Below, piece after piece: positions 12,896-25,517 of a stretch of 64,000 nt of DNA. The position numbers were made by a program, and so were the translations under genes. This DNA comes from Antedon mediterranea. Its lineage: Eukaryota > Animalia > Echinodermata. The stretch lies in contig NC_092675.1 in NCBI RefSeq assembly GCF_964355755.1, positions 30,662,912 through 30,726,911 on the forward strand, written 5' to 3'. How positions within the stretch are numbered: the first letter of the stretch is position 1; every line of letters starts with the position of its first letter. The notes under the pieces were generated by a model, which ran no database searches, had not been told where the DNA came from, and was given only the letters and a program-made list of their open reading frames with translations.

Positions 12896-14146
12896 ATGAA
12901 TTTTATTAGGGCAATTTTCAGATCTTCAAAGGAAGTAAAGAAGTTGATTGGAACGGACCATTTGGGAAATAAATATTATGAAGTTCCAGAAGATGCTAAA
13001 GTATTAGGTAATTAAGTAAGGCATATAAAGGCTATACAGACATCTACCTAGGCTAGGGTCAGGTAGCCAACGGCGTAGGAGGACTGGTCGGACCAAACTA
13101 ACTAAAATGACTTCAGAGAGAGGGAGCGAGAGAGAGAGAGAGAGAGAAGAAGCGGCCTAGAATAAGAGGTGATAGGTGGCAGCAGACTGACTAGTTTATC
13201 TCTCACAAATAAAACTGACAGGTCATGTATGTTTTATGTTAAAACTTACCTATATATTTCAATACTTTCAATATTTTTTTTTTATTTTTCATATATATTT
13301 TACAGGTGAAAAGCTAAAAACTAGAAGGTTTGTGGAATCTAATATAAGTCATTATGAATATGAACCAGGAATGATACCATATGAATGGGAAGGTATTTAT
13401 AGTATTCAACTCATTTCTATATGAGTAAATTTAGAATATTTTCACAAAGTAGTAAATAATCTAGTTTTATATAAGTTGTGATTATACACATTTTTTATGT
13501 ATAAACTTTAGCATGGATGCGAGGAAATCGCAAATTGCCTCCAAGTGCCGAGGAGATCGCTGGTAGAGAACAACAAACAAAAAGTGTGCAACAAAAAGCA
13601 AAAGAACTGGAAGAAAATGAAAAACAGGTATTTTGAATCAAATACTTGCTGTCTTTGAATTACTGTATAACACAACACACAGATTTATTTATAAAAACCT
13701 TATCAATCCAGTAACAAATATTAAACCAACTCGATTGGGAATTTAAAATACCGTAAATGTTGATGTATGGTATTTGTTTTAATAGGCAGAATTTACTAAC
13801 ATTCAAACTGCTGAAGAAGTAACAACAGAATCGCATACTAAACCTGAAGGTAGGGGCAATTTAGCTTTTAAAGGCTGTAGCGAGAGGTTAAAAATAAACG
13901 AGGCAAAGATGCTTTAATATATGACGAACTGTGCTGGGGGATCTCATGCTGGCTATGGCCCTGCTTTTCAAAACAGCGATTAATATGCATAATTTGTAAT
14001 TGTACTTTATATCACCCCTATTAAAACGTGTTGTTGTTCTAGGACATGCTTCTGCACCTGTATATAAAAAAATTGATGGTGAGAGTGATGCTGTCAGCAC
14101 AGGCAATGAATTTCAACCAGCAGCTTGGAAACCTGGAAAGAAGTGA
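12896..14146 (+). CDS. NDUFAF2: NADH:ubiquinone oxidoreductase complex assembly factor 2 (NDUFA12-like), 5 coding exons
   Basis: Exons 12896-13007, 13306-13392, 13512-13627, 13786-13849, 14043-14146, all GT-AG and in phase. Motifs IGTDHLGNKYYEVP, IPYEWEAWMRGNRKLPP, GHASAP...FQPAAWKP. Confidence 0.93.
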
Positions 14147-15250
14147 CCAGAAGTACTAAAGCATTAAGAGTATAAAAGAGCAATGGGTTTGAACTGCAAT
14201 GTCCCTCGGGTAGGAAAAAGAGCATGTAAAACAGACACTGGCAGTGATACAGTGCAAGATGAAAGAGAAAACAGGCAAAATGAGGAACATAAAGATACGA
14301 TAATCGCAAAATAAAAAAACAGTAATATTAACTAATGTCGGAATCAAGCACTGGAAATTAATATATTTATATAGAATTCAAACAAATAATATTAACTAAA
14401 CTATGTTTAAAACTTATTCCTTTATTTTGTTTGTAATCTATGCATGCTTAAGATGATTCAAATACAAGTTACAGTCATCAGTTTTAAAACTCTCTCATAC
14501 CTCTGCTGTTTCGTTAACTGTGATGGATACAGTAGGGTTTCAGAGTTACATTCAATGTAACTTTTAACTTGGATTGTAATATTAGAAAAGCGCTGCCCAT
14601 TATGTAACTGCTCGGTAAAATGAGTGTTTGTGTAAAAATTGAAATTGAAAGTGTAATCGGATTCAAATTTATTATGTATATATCTTATTAAATACTTATG
14701 TATACAGTGCAACAATATGGTATATTAGTCAAACTTGTACAAGTCAACGTTGTTTTACTAATGTATATAAATATTTATATGCAGGTCAAAGTAGATATTG
14801 TATCTTATTTTGATGATTTGACTTGTGCAAGTTTAATTATTATTTTTAAAAATTCAACTTTTTTAAAGATTGCATAAAGCCTTGCATTGCGTAGCAAATT
14901 CACAGTTTAGTCATGATTTCATTTTTATTATTTAATTTACCAATATTTTATAGAAAGAATTTGAGGTATATTTTACAAATTAAATTATTTCTTCATATTA
15001 ATATGTAGTAGTCTATAAAATAAGTTTCATTTTATTGAAAATCATTCTCCACCAGTTGCTCTTCTTAAATTCCTTTGTTAACGACTCATCTTGAACGGGT
15101 GATCAACAATCATAAGCTTGTTAAAGTTACAATTCACAAAATGTTTTATCAATTGCTTGCTTCCATTAAACAAACACAATTACTTTACTCCCATCACCAA
15201 TGATTTTCCTTGAAACACAAACACCAAGAATACACAATGCATGAACACAG

Positions 15251-15556
15251 CTAATTGTCTTTCTTAGAGCGCCCCCTAGCCCTTGCCTGGTTCGATTCCT
15301 TTTTCGCTCTACGCTTTTTATCTTTTTCTCGCTTTTCAACATCTCTGTACAACATGTATGAGAGTATGGCACTGATTATAAATAACGGGCTCAATATGAG
15401 GAACACAGTGTAAAGAAATCCATAAGGGTCTTTTAAAACCCATAGCAGAATGTTTTCACGGAACCAGTATGTCCATGTTCCAGGCTCAGTGTCTTTCAGA
15501 ATGCTATCCTCAATGGTTCGTGCTCCGTCCACACTATCTGCAACATTCTCTGCCAT
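15251..15556 (-). CDS. SMIM15: Small integral membrane protein 15
   Basis: WVLKDPYGFLYTVFLILSPLFIISAILS...EKREKDKKRR matches the SMIM15 signature (KDPYGFL, transmembrane segment, basic tail). There is an acceptor just upstream of the ATG and a likely non-coding exon 1 donor near 16451. Confidence 0.92.
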   Translation of the reverse strand: MAENVADSVDGARTIEDSILKDTEPGTWTYWFRENILLWVLKDPYGFLYTVFLILSPLFIISAILSYMLYRDVEKREKDKKRRAKKESNQARARGRSKKDN

Positions 15557-16613
15557 GTTCTAAAATAATAAAATGAGTTTATATTAATATAAGTCAGGGT
15601 TTATATTTTAAGTAAAAGCAATTTCCATATTTGAAAAGACTAGATCTTGATTATTTAATTTAAAAAACTCCAACTGGAGGAGTATCACTCAATGTGTAGA
15701 TAGAGGTTGAGGAGGGGGAAAGCTAGTCAAACTTGGGTATCAGTATTGTAAAAACTGAATTGAATTTCAAAAACCTGTGACTACGTACAGAAGTCCATTC
15801 AAATGTTGTAAATGCACACAACACAAAGGTTTAAATTCTTAATTAATGATTGAATCATAATAAAAACAAACATACTAAAAACCACAAACATTTTGTTTAC
15901 ATAGAGATAGTGGAGAAAAGTCTAATAAGTGTAGCAGTACAGTAATAATAGTAGTATTGTAAACTACTATTCCTGCAACATTCCCAAGTACTACTATAAT
16001 ATTAATATTGACCGGAGATTTACCCTATTTTTAATCCTATATAACCACACCCTTTGATTGAATACAGTACTTTTAGAGTACACCGTACCCAAACAATTTC
16101 AAGACCCACCCACAAACACTCAACAATTTAAAAACTGAAAGACAACTCAACAAATATTGAAAACTGTTATGAATTATATGAATAATAATTTCAATAAAAT
16201 GTAAAATAAGTGATCCCAATTCAATACAGTAAATATAATGTTCTGTTGTTTTGCTAGGCCTAGACTAGTGGTCGGGTCTGGGCGGATCAAGCTTCCTCCC
16301 GTCGTGGAATCCGGTGACAGAAAAGCACGATTGATATAAAAAAAAATACGCCAATACGGCCTAGCTAGGAGGAGGCCTAGGCCTAGAGTTATTTTCAACC
16401 CCTCAAATTAGAAACTAGTCATAATTTTGAAAAGATTTATTGTACATTACCTGATCACCTGTTATTTTTTGTGCACGACCGTATAACTATAGTTACCGTG
16501 TAATAAGTTTAAATTATATTTAAACTTTTAAAGAAATTTCACTTCGATTACAGTACTAGGAGGCTAGGCCTATAAACTACTATACCTACCGTACTACAAA
16601 TTCACCGCGTCAC

Positions 16614-18676
16614 GAGGTATATTCAGAGCGTCATTCTGGCGACTGGAGCGTTCTCTACTTCTCTACGGAGCGCCATTTATGCCTTTATTAACTTTAATAG
16701 AAATAGTACTACGGTAACTGCTCAAGTGTCACCCAATTTAACACCAAGGTTGCACAGTGACATAAAATGGAAATAAGTCACTGATACATACATTGTGACT
16801 GTGCTGTACACTGTTCTCAAATGGACCTAATTTGAAATCACTTAAGTTTAAATGTCTTTTCGTATGTTAATACACTGTGCTCAAGTGGACACGATTTGTC
16901 ACCAGTGGAGCACAGTGATATATAAACAACAAATAAAATAAGTTACTGAATGTTAATATCTTTTCGTATGTTAATACACTGCTGTGCTCCAGTGGATCCA
17001 ATTTGGCGCCAGTGGTGGAGCACAAATAGTCACATACAAAAACATCGAAAAAAAAATACTTTTGAAAATACTTCAAAAATATTTCAAACTTCCAGGTATA
17101 TATAGGCCATGTTAAATATCGGTTACTCAATAAAAATTTCAAGCCAAATCAATGATTTTAATAACTTGTCTAAGATAAAAACTTAGTGTGGAGAGTGCAC
17201 CTATCATTGAAATATGAAATAAGTTGGGGCAGAGCTAAATGAAAATAGAGCCCAGAATTGCACTTATACTTATTACTATACATAATCGATCATCTATGAT
17301 AATTATGGTAAGTGTTGACCGCGAATGACTAACAATACCATCTTTCCCACTACACCTGCACACCCATTGCATAACAACGCACGACATACCAAACCGTTTC
17401 GTACACTACCTGTGATGAAAATATAAAATTCAATTTCTTTTAAAATTGAGGGCGGCAAACATAAAATTTACGAGATCGAATACAGGTTGAAAAAAAAAAT
17501 TAAATAAAAAAAAAAGATGTTAAATGTGCTCTCCCTGCCTCAGCACTAAGGCCCTGCCACAGCCTTTTGGGGTCGTTTCCAGCACATCACCAGATGCATT
17601 GATGTTGTCGCCTCATGATGTGTGGTGGAAAGGGGGACGTATAATTCTGTGAACCCCAAACACAGTGGCCGGGCCGCATACCTTTAACTCTATTCCACCG
17701 ACCAGCGTGGGAATCGAACCCACGACATACGTGTTGTGAACACGACGCTCAGGCGCCTGAGCTAACTGATCATTTTGGTTTTAACAAGGTTAATGTGATA
17801 TTTATGATGTAATGAGGAATTACGTAATACACGTACAAATAGACTATTACCAGCTGTTCAATTCAGTTATCTACTAATTTGTGGCCTAACGGGTAATGCT
17901 CAGCTTTGGGCGCTCTCAGCTCTAGTAGATAAATCCTCTAGATTTTGTTTTAATAAAAAATAAATAAATAAGGAAAAATAAATAAATAAAAAAATAAATT
18001 AATGAATATTGTTTTCTTTTATTTTGAAAGAGAGATATTTTGAGGGTTGTAAATGTCAGGCCTAAAACAAGTGGACCTTTTTAAAAATCAGAAACAAAGC
18101 ATGGCATTATTTTCCATTAAATAGACTGCCATAAAACCTCGAAAAGAAGCCTATGTGCTCCTTCATTTTAGTACTCTTGAGTGGGCTTCTTTTCCACATG
18201 AGTTCTTTTCGAGATTACTTTAGCAAACTAAAAGAGGGGAGCTGAACATTTTTTATTTACATGATTTGAACAATCTTCTAATGTAAAAATTTACATTTTA
18301 ACTGTTTTAATCTGCTAAAGGGAACACAAAGGATATTATATATTATTCCTGAGGATATTGATCTAAACGTCGAGAAACTCAACAGTTCTTTTTAGAAACT
18401 AATATACGTGGTGTACCGCAAACTTAATTATCAACAAAGGATTTGTTTTTCTTAAATTTATTAAAATTGAGTGACTTTATTTCTATATACAACTGTGCTC
18501 AATTGAACCCAATTTGTCACCAGGGAAGCACAGTGTATTAACATACAAAATATATTAAAAATTCAGTGACTGGACCAGTTACCGTAGTACTATTTCTATT
18601 TCTGAACTAAATAAAGGCATAAATGGCGCTCCGTAGAGAAGGCTCCATTGTCAGAATGACGCTCTGAATATACCTC
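16614..18676. mobile_element. Non-autonomous TIR element with GAGG...CCTC ends and GCGTCAC duplication
   Basis: TIRs of about 105 bp starting GAGGTATATTCAGAGCGTCATTCTG. Flanking direct repeat GCGTCAC at 16607-16613 and 18677-18683. Internal CTGTGCTC...GAGCACAG subrepeats. Confidence 0.8.
17490..17771 (-). mobile_element. tRNA-derived SINE (tRNA-Val(CAC)-like head at 17700-17771)
   Basis: Minus strand GATCAGTTAGCTCAGGCGCCTGAGCGTCGTGTTCACAACACGTATGTCGTGGGTTCGATTCCCACGCTGGTC folds as a cloverleaf with a B box but a degenerate A box/D loop. About 200 bp of body and a T-rich tail follow, with no immediate Pol III terminator. Confidence 0.65.
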
Positions 18677-19597
18677 GCGTCACACGTCCTCCAGTGTGAT
18701 CGTTGTTTTTTTTTTGTAGGGGGGTTTTTATGTGTTGTTTTTGTGTGTATAGAACAGCCTATTTGCGTCAAGATTCAGCGAAACGCGTTTTCAGTTTTAT
18801 TAGTGATGATACAGAACAGTATTACAGTTGCTTTTTATTAAAATGTATTTTTATTATTCTGTTTTTTAAAATAAAATTGTACACACTAATTAAATCACAA
18901 AATGAAGTGATTTAAATTTATATTCAATATAACTATTTGTTTTTTAATAAATTTCACATGCAGACACATCTATTTTCATAATTGCTTCTCTATGCTTTTC
19001 TCAATATATAAATTCAATTCATCTGTTCTGTATGGCCTTAATTCTGTCTAATAGTGACTTTTACGAAACAGGAGTTTCAACGGTTGATTAATTTTACGCG
19101 TCAGTAAGCGCATTCTTACGCAATTATTGACCTCATATTGACATATATATTAATAAATTATTTATTGGTCAAATTTGTGATGTCCTTGTTTGATGAAACT
19201 CTTCATATATATTTAAATTCAAGACTATGTAAACTAAATAATAAACCCATTGTTCTACAAAGATAGACATTGTGGAAACATATTTACAGTTGTACAAATA
19301 ACAATAAATAGAAATACACTAAGGGTCTATTTACATGTGTTTTAGAAACATTTGTTTAATATTAATATCACAGTGTCTAAAATTGAATTACACGTTTTCT
19401 TGTCATTTGTTTGTTTGTAGTTGGAATGTTTAAAAAGTTCATTTGCAGTTTAGTTTCTAGACAGTGATTTCGCTTAATACAGTCTTCATAAAAAGAACAA
19501 TATTTTGGCACACATGGCGTGTCATAAATATTAGCTAATGATGGCTACTTTTAGTTTTCAATAATCATTTTTGAACTGGTAAATCTTACATATGGCT

Positions 19598-19830
19598 TAG
19601 GTTGGTTGGGCGCCATCTGTATTTCACAACTTGCTTGTGACTACAATTTTTATCAATCCACTGCTTACAATCCAAGTGAGAAACAATAGGTTGGTTGGGC
19701 GCCCTCTGTACTTCACCGCTTGCTTGTGACTGCAAGTCTTATCAATCCACTGCTTCAAAGATCTCAGTACAATTCAAGTGAGGAACAATAGGTTGGTTGG
19801 GCGCCCTCTGTGCTTCACCACTTGCTTGAT
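19598..19830. repeat. Three diverged 80-105-bp tandem copies in the ERCC8 3' UTR region
   Basis: TAGGTTGGTTGGGCGCC(A/C)TCTGT..TTCAC..CTTGCTTG occurs at about 19598, 19688 and 19789. Confidence 0.8.
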
Positions 19831-19861
19831 CATCGCATTAAAATCAAAGCGAGAGATTTCT

Positions 19862-22800
19862 TCAATCCTCATCTGAGCTCCAATTATCTACATATTTCTG
19901 TTCTTTCTTATTCTGAAAAAAACACCAAAGAGCTTCCAATTTAATCACTGTATTAGGACACTCATATGGATAAAACAATGTAAAGAAAATAAAAAAAAGG
20001 TAACTTAAAAATCATACCATGTCAGGTTGCTGATCGCGACAAACTTCAGGTTCCCAAATTAAAATGCTACTGTCATTACTTCCACTGTACAGCTCCTGAA
20101 AGTCATGAATAAAAGTATGTTAATAGCGTGCTTTATATATCGGTGTGTATAGAGCAAAGCTACTTAGTCCTTAAAACACAAATAGTGCTTTATATCAATA
20201 TGTATAGAGCAAAGATACTTAGTCCATACAACAAAAAGAGTGCTTTATATCAATATGTATAGACCAAAGATACTTAGTCCATACAACACACAGAGTGCTT
20301 TATATCAATATGTATAGACCAAAGATACTTAGTCCATACAACACACAGAGTGCTTTATATCAATATGTATAGACCAAAGATACTTAGTCCATACAACACA
20401 CAGAGTGCTTTATATCAATATGTACAGAGCAAAGATACTTAGTCCATACAACACACAGAGTGCTTTATATCAATATGTATAGACCAAAGATACTTAGTCC
20501 ATACAACACACAGAGTGCTTTATATCAATATGTACAGATCAAAGATACTTAGTCCATACAACACACAGAGTGCTTTATATCAATATGTATAGACCAAAGA
20601 TACTTAGTCCATACAACACACAGAGTGCTTTATATCAATATGTATAGACCAAAGATACTTAGTCCATGCAACACAAAGAGTGCTTTATATCAATATGTAC
20701 AGACCAAAGATACTTAGTCCATACAACACAAAGAGTGCTTTATATCAATATGTACAGACCAAAGATACTTAGTCCATACAACACACAGAGTGCTTTATAT
20801 CAATATGTACAGACCAAAGATACTTAGTCCATACAACACACAGAGTGCTTTATATCAATATGTACAGACCAAAGATACTTAGTCCATACAACACACAGAG
20901 TGCTTTATATCAATATGTATAGACCAAAGATACTTAGTCCATACAACACACAGAGTGCTTTATATCAATATGTATAGACCAAAGATACTTAGTCCATACA
21001 ACACACAGAGTGCTTTATATCAATATGATGCTTTATATCAATATGAATAGAGCAAAGATAATTAGTCCATACAACACACAGATAAATGAAATGGGTAGTG
21101 TACTGTAAGTGCAAGGAAAATTTGCCATAGATTTTTTCTAAAAAGTTTTTTTTTTCAAATGGTCAACAAACCTGGAATAAAGGATGGAATGTGCAGGCAT
21201 TGACTCTACTATAATGTCCTGTAAGATTGACCACTGGTCTGCCTGAATGAATTTCAAAGACACAAATCTCTCCAGATGAAGGCACAAACACCAGATCATC
21301 GGATGCATCACAAGAAACACTCATCTTCAAGTTTCTTCTCGTGTCATTTATAACTTTACCATAGTTTACCTGAAAAACAATTTATTCAGTGAAAAATTAC
21401 TTTAATTAAGTAATGAAAACAACCCATAACCCTTGATAATTTCTTTTTTTTTAAATGCAACTTTTTAAGAACTATTATATGATATAATGAATTCAATTCA
21501 TCTTTTATTGGTCTAATTCATATAAAAATAGAAAACAGAAAATCTTTGTTAATACACTGCAGTTGAAAATACATGGAAAAATGTTTAAACAATGGCAAAG
21601 TACAGAAAATATTTAAAAGTTATAAAAATAAATAATATATATAATAAATAATTTTGGCAAAATTTATAAAAATTAATATATATATTACGATCCAGGTGTT
21701 CTCTTAAATAAAAAATAATATAATAAAATGACTTACCAATGTGTTTCTACCAGTCACTACATCCCATAATCGTAATCTGTCATCTGATCCACAGGTAAGT
21801 AAGTGAAGTCCATCACTTGTGAAGCACAGCCCAGTCACATAGCCATTATGTGCTGTACTTACTATTAGGATGAGATTGAATAATGACAGTTTTAAAAACT
21901 TATACAGAGGTTCAAAGTTGAACTATCAGGAGACTTTTTAAAAAGGTGCACGAACAATGTTATTTTAAAATGATTGGGCATCAACATCTATAGTAAACAA
22001 TAGGTAAACAATTTTTAACTATGACATAATGTATATACATATCCAACCAAAAGAGGCCTAAAGTAGTAGAGCATAAATGATAGATTTCTTTTGTGTGTAT
22101 AAAATAATCGGGAGAAAAAATCACACATTTAGTGGGAGATTGGAATACTAGAAAACTCCCATAATTATCCAGAGTTGGGAGGTCTTTTAAACAACAAAAT
22201 TAAATGTGAAAAACTGAATTTACAGAAAGATTCACATAGTAATTGAATGATACACTGGTAATTGAATACATAACAATTGAATCATACCAGCTTCAGTGGT
22301 AGTTGCTCCCTTCTCTCCATTGTGTTGATCTAGAACCATCAAACTAGCTTTTGACTTGCGAACATCCCACAGCATCACACGGTTATCTTTACTATGTACA
22401 AATGTAAACATATGGTCATTAGATTTCATAGATTCATAACTAAAATACAATCTAGTAAATCTAAATTGTAAATCTCTGTCCACACTATCAAACTAATTTG
22501 ACAAAAAAACATGGTAGTGTATGCCCAAATATGGTAGTGATGTGACATCATCATATCCATATATGTGCACATCACATTTTTTTGTCTAATAAGGTTTGAT
22601 AGTGTAATAATAATAGTTCATTCTTATATAGCGCATATAAGCAAGCTCTAAATGCGCTGAACATTATTACCCCAGTCATTTCCTGATCAAACACCTATGG
22701 AAACATACTCCCATATATGCAGCTAGTAATCAGCGCAAAGTTGTGTCTTGATCTAACCGGGTTCCCAATTATACACCTGGGTGGAGAGAGGCAAACTTTA

Positions 22801-25517
22801 AACAAATACCTGGCTGTTGCTAATAGGTACTCTTCTTTACTAGACCATTGGATGGCCATTACAGAACCCTTGTGACCTTTCAATGTGTGTGTCGATGACC
22901 CATTTCGTAGGTCACACAATGTCACTAGTGATGATGCTGTTGCAACTATAATACAGAAAAGAGATTTGTACAAAAGTTTTAATAAGGCCAAATAAAAAAA
23001 CATACTTGTTAAGCGTCACCGCCTGCTCCTGATTATCCAGCCGCCTCTCTTTTTATTTTTTTTTTTTTTTTACCGATATACAACGGAAAGTTCAGCGGCC
23101 AGGCCCAGCTCCAGAGTAGGGCTCGAAATTCACGCTAGCAAACTAGGATTTTGCTAGTAGATTCTTCATAATTGCTATTTGAAAATTTCAAAACTAGCAA
23201 ATGTTTGTTAGGCTAGTGTAATTTTTGAAAAATACGTACTTTTTAGCTTAGACAACGCTAGCCGCCGATCGCTCTATGTCGACAACGGCAATTTGGTGAA
23301 AACAATTGTTTCATTTACACGCCGCCGATTTACGTCAAGGAAACGCGAATAGCACCGTGAATCATGTAATGTGGTAAACAGCAAGCTTTTTCCCCAACAC
23401 ATTAAATCATGTGCATTTAGTACGTCGCTGAGTATTACATCATCAGTCACGTGATTACAGAATACGCGATTATCAATTTAGGGATTTAACGAAATAAATA
23501 TTTTGCCTACACAGTGGTCGAAGCGCGTTTTTTTATAGGTTCGTAAATAGGAAACACCCCATACATAATGGACTCTACCAATTTTGTTTACGATGATCTC
23601 GCGCTCGAGATCGGCACACCACGAGGTCCTGTTGGGCGATGGGTTTCCTTATGCCTGGTTTACCTGTGGAATAATTACATACACTTTTTGCATCACAACT
23701 TTAAATACTGATTTACACAGCAATTGGCAAAGGGTTCATCAAAGAAGAATGAATACGTTGAATAAAAATTCACTTAAGAAATGCCGTAAGCTGTTTTCAA
23801 ACTATAAATCAGCCCACTATTTAGTATTATTGAGACCAAATCATGCTTCTCGCGATAGGAAATTTCCTGGATAGATGAGTCGAGCGAGAGACGGCGGATG
23901 GCCGATGAGTGAGGTGGGGGTAGCACCTTGGACGGATTAGTTAGCCTAGGGCCTACAATTTCGCTTGGTGGCAATTAAATTTAATGTTTTAATTACGTCT
24001 GGATATAAACAATACAAAACTCAATTTTGTCATAAGCAATAATATTTCATACATAGTCAATTTTGTTCTGTTTCGCATTTTAAAAGTTTGACGTTTCGTC
24101 CTAAAAAAAGTGGGGCAAAACGCCCACCGCGCAAAAATATACCTCTATAAAAAGTAAAAAAAAAAAAAAAAAACCGTCCCCCCGCCCCTGAAAATGTATG
24201 AGGGTGTGACGCTTAACAAGTATATTTTTTTATTTGGCCTAATATTGATTAAGTTGAATAATTTGTTTGATTAAATTTAAAAGTACATAAAAGTACTTAA
24301 TTATCACGTGAAGAAATAAGTTAGGATTTCTCCATGGTTAGCACAAAAGCTTATGTATATTCTCAACTTCAAACAAATAATATTTGGAGTATAAAGAATA
24401 TTTAACACAGAAGATGGGTTTGTAAACTTACCACTAATAAGACAGTGCTTCGTAGCAATCTGTGACATGTGATGGCAGTAGACTGGTTTATCAAAGCGGA
24501 AACTCTCTGCTGGTTTTAGTGTATTTGTATCCCATACTTTGAGAATGTTGTCCATTGCACTTGAAGTAAACATACCAGTGTCATGTGGGTACCATTGCAC
24601 TGTCTCTACACTGTACTTGTGAGCTACTGAATTTGACCTGAAAGTGTCAACATCTTATTAATGTAATTCTTCTTTCAAATACCTTATAGTTCTAAATTAG
24701 TGTGTGGACTTTGTTTAAAAATATCATGATCTGTTCTGATCTGATCTGATCTAATAAACTGTAGAATATATTGTATATAAATTGGATTATTAATTCAATA
24801 AGATAATCTCATATCAGAGTTGTGCAAAACATGTGACCAATTAAATAGTTGCAATATTAACTGCATTACAGAATGTAAAGTCCTCGATTTTTGTTTGGAA
24901 TGGTTTAAAAATGTCTTCATCTGTCCTAATATATTATATATAAATTGGATTACTATATTCAATAAGATAATCTCATATCAGAACAGAATGTGCATGTGTT
25001 CCCGAATAAAGTTACCTGTTAACCGAACAGACTAAAGGACACGTGAAGCTTGAGGGTGCTGGTTTACATTCAATGTCATATATTGCGATTCCACTGTCAG
25101 CTCCGCCAGACAACAAGCTGCAAAAACATCAATAATACAATAACAAATATACTCTATAAAACATTCATTCCACAATCATATAAATATAAAAGAATAGAAA
25201 ATAACAGATTTTAATAACATTAATGTCGGTTTTCTACTGGCAATTTGGTTCGGAAGTTGTCTTAATTCTTGTAAAATAAACATTTCAGTAAATTATTCTG
25301 AAAGTTAATCTACTTACGACTTTAATAATGAGTGTAGTAGCACTTACTATTTTCCTTCAGCAGGGTCTATATCAAGACAGTTGACAGCACTTTGTATACG
25401 TTGTACATCCCTGGTCTTGCTCAGTTCTAAGCTGTATATTCTTCTTGTGATCTCAGCTCTCATCAGTTCCAGACTGCTCACAATACCTCTTTCCTGGTAA
25501 TTCAGGAATTTCAACAT
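19862..25517 (-). CDS. ERCC8: DNA excision repair protein ERCC-8 (Cockayne syndrome A, WD40), 9 coding exons
   Basis: Exons 25517-25348, 25117-25016, 24637-24432, 22945-22810, 22391-22288, 21861-21737, 21369-21172, 20095-20018, 19912-19862. Motifs [54 protein letters not shown] and C-terminal DNWSSDED. Confidence 0.95.
20128..21081. repeat. 55-bp minisatellite, about 17 copies, filling an ERCC8 intron
   Basis: Unit AGTGCTTTATATCAATATGTATAGACCAAAGATACTTAGTCCATACAACACACAG. Confidence 0.95.
22474..22606. mobile_element. Small palindromic MITE family (Harbinger-like), copy 1 of about 7
   Basis: TIR GCTCTGTCTACACTATCAAACT / AGTTTGATAGTGTAGACAGAGC with internal TATCACTACCATATTTGGG repeats. Other full or partial copies at about 30440-30539, 39394-39530, 42238-42393, 51600-51773, 55806-55888 and 61351-61496. 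Confidence 0.8.
22607..22796 (-). mobile_element. SINE 3' part with CORE-like segment and L2-like tail
   Basis: Minus strand TTGCCTCTCTCCACCCAGGTGTATAATTGGG...GCGCTATATAAGAATGAACTATTATTATT. The same tail recurs at about 63575-63657. Confidence 0.55.
22986..24239. mobile_element. Non-autonomous TIR element with TAA TSD (Zator or PIF/Harbinger type) in an ERCC8 intron
   Basis: [TAA]GGCCAAATAAAAAAACATACTTGTTAAGCGTCAC ... GTGACGCTTAACAAGTATATTTTTTTATTTGGCC[TAA]: a 34-bp TIR with one mismatch. Confidence 0.85.

Noticed and set aside
17700-17771. Functional tRNA-Val gene
   Set aside because: The D loop/A box is degenerate, the anticodon stem has a mismatch and there is no adjacent terminator. A SINE head fits better.
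16750-18545. CACAGTG heptamers suggesting RSS or RAG/Transib transposon ends
   Set aside because: They are internal subrepeats rather than termini, with no convincing nonamer at a 12/23 spacing and no RAG-like ORF.
20128-21081. CRISPR-like regular repeats (also 44017-45900 and 53110-55465)
   Set aside because: These are head-to-tail units without unique spacers in a eukaryotic intron, and there are no cas genes.
23584-23974. Short ORFs inside the TAA-TSD element as possible transposase
   Set aside because: They show no DDE or DNA-binding motifs and are too short.
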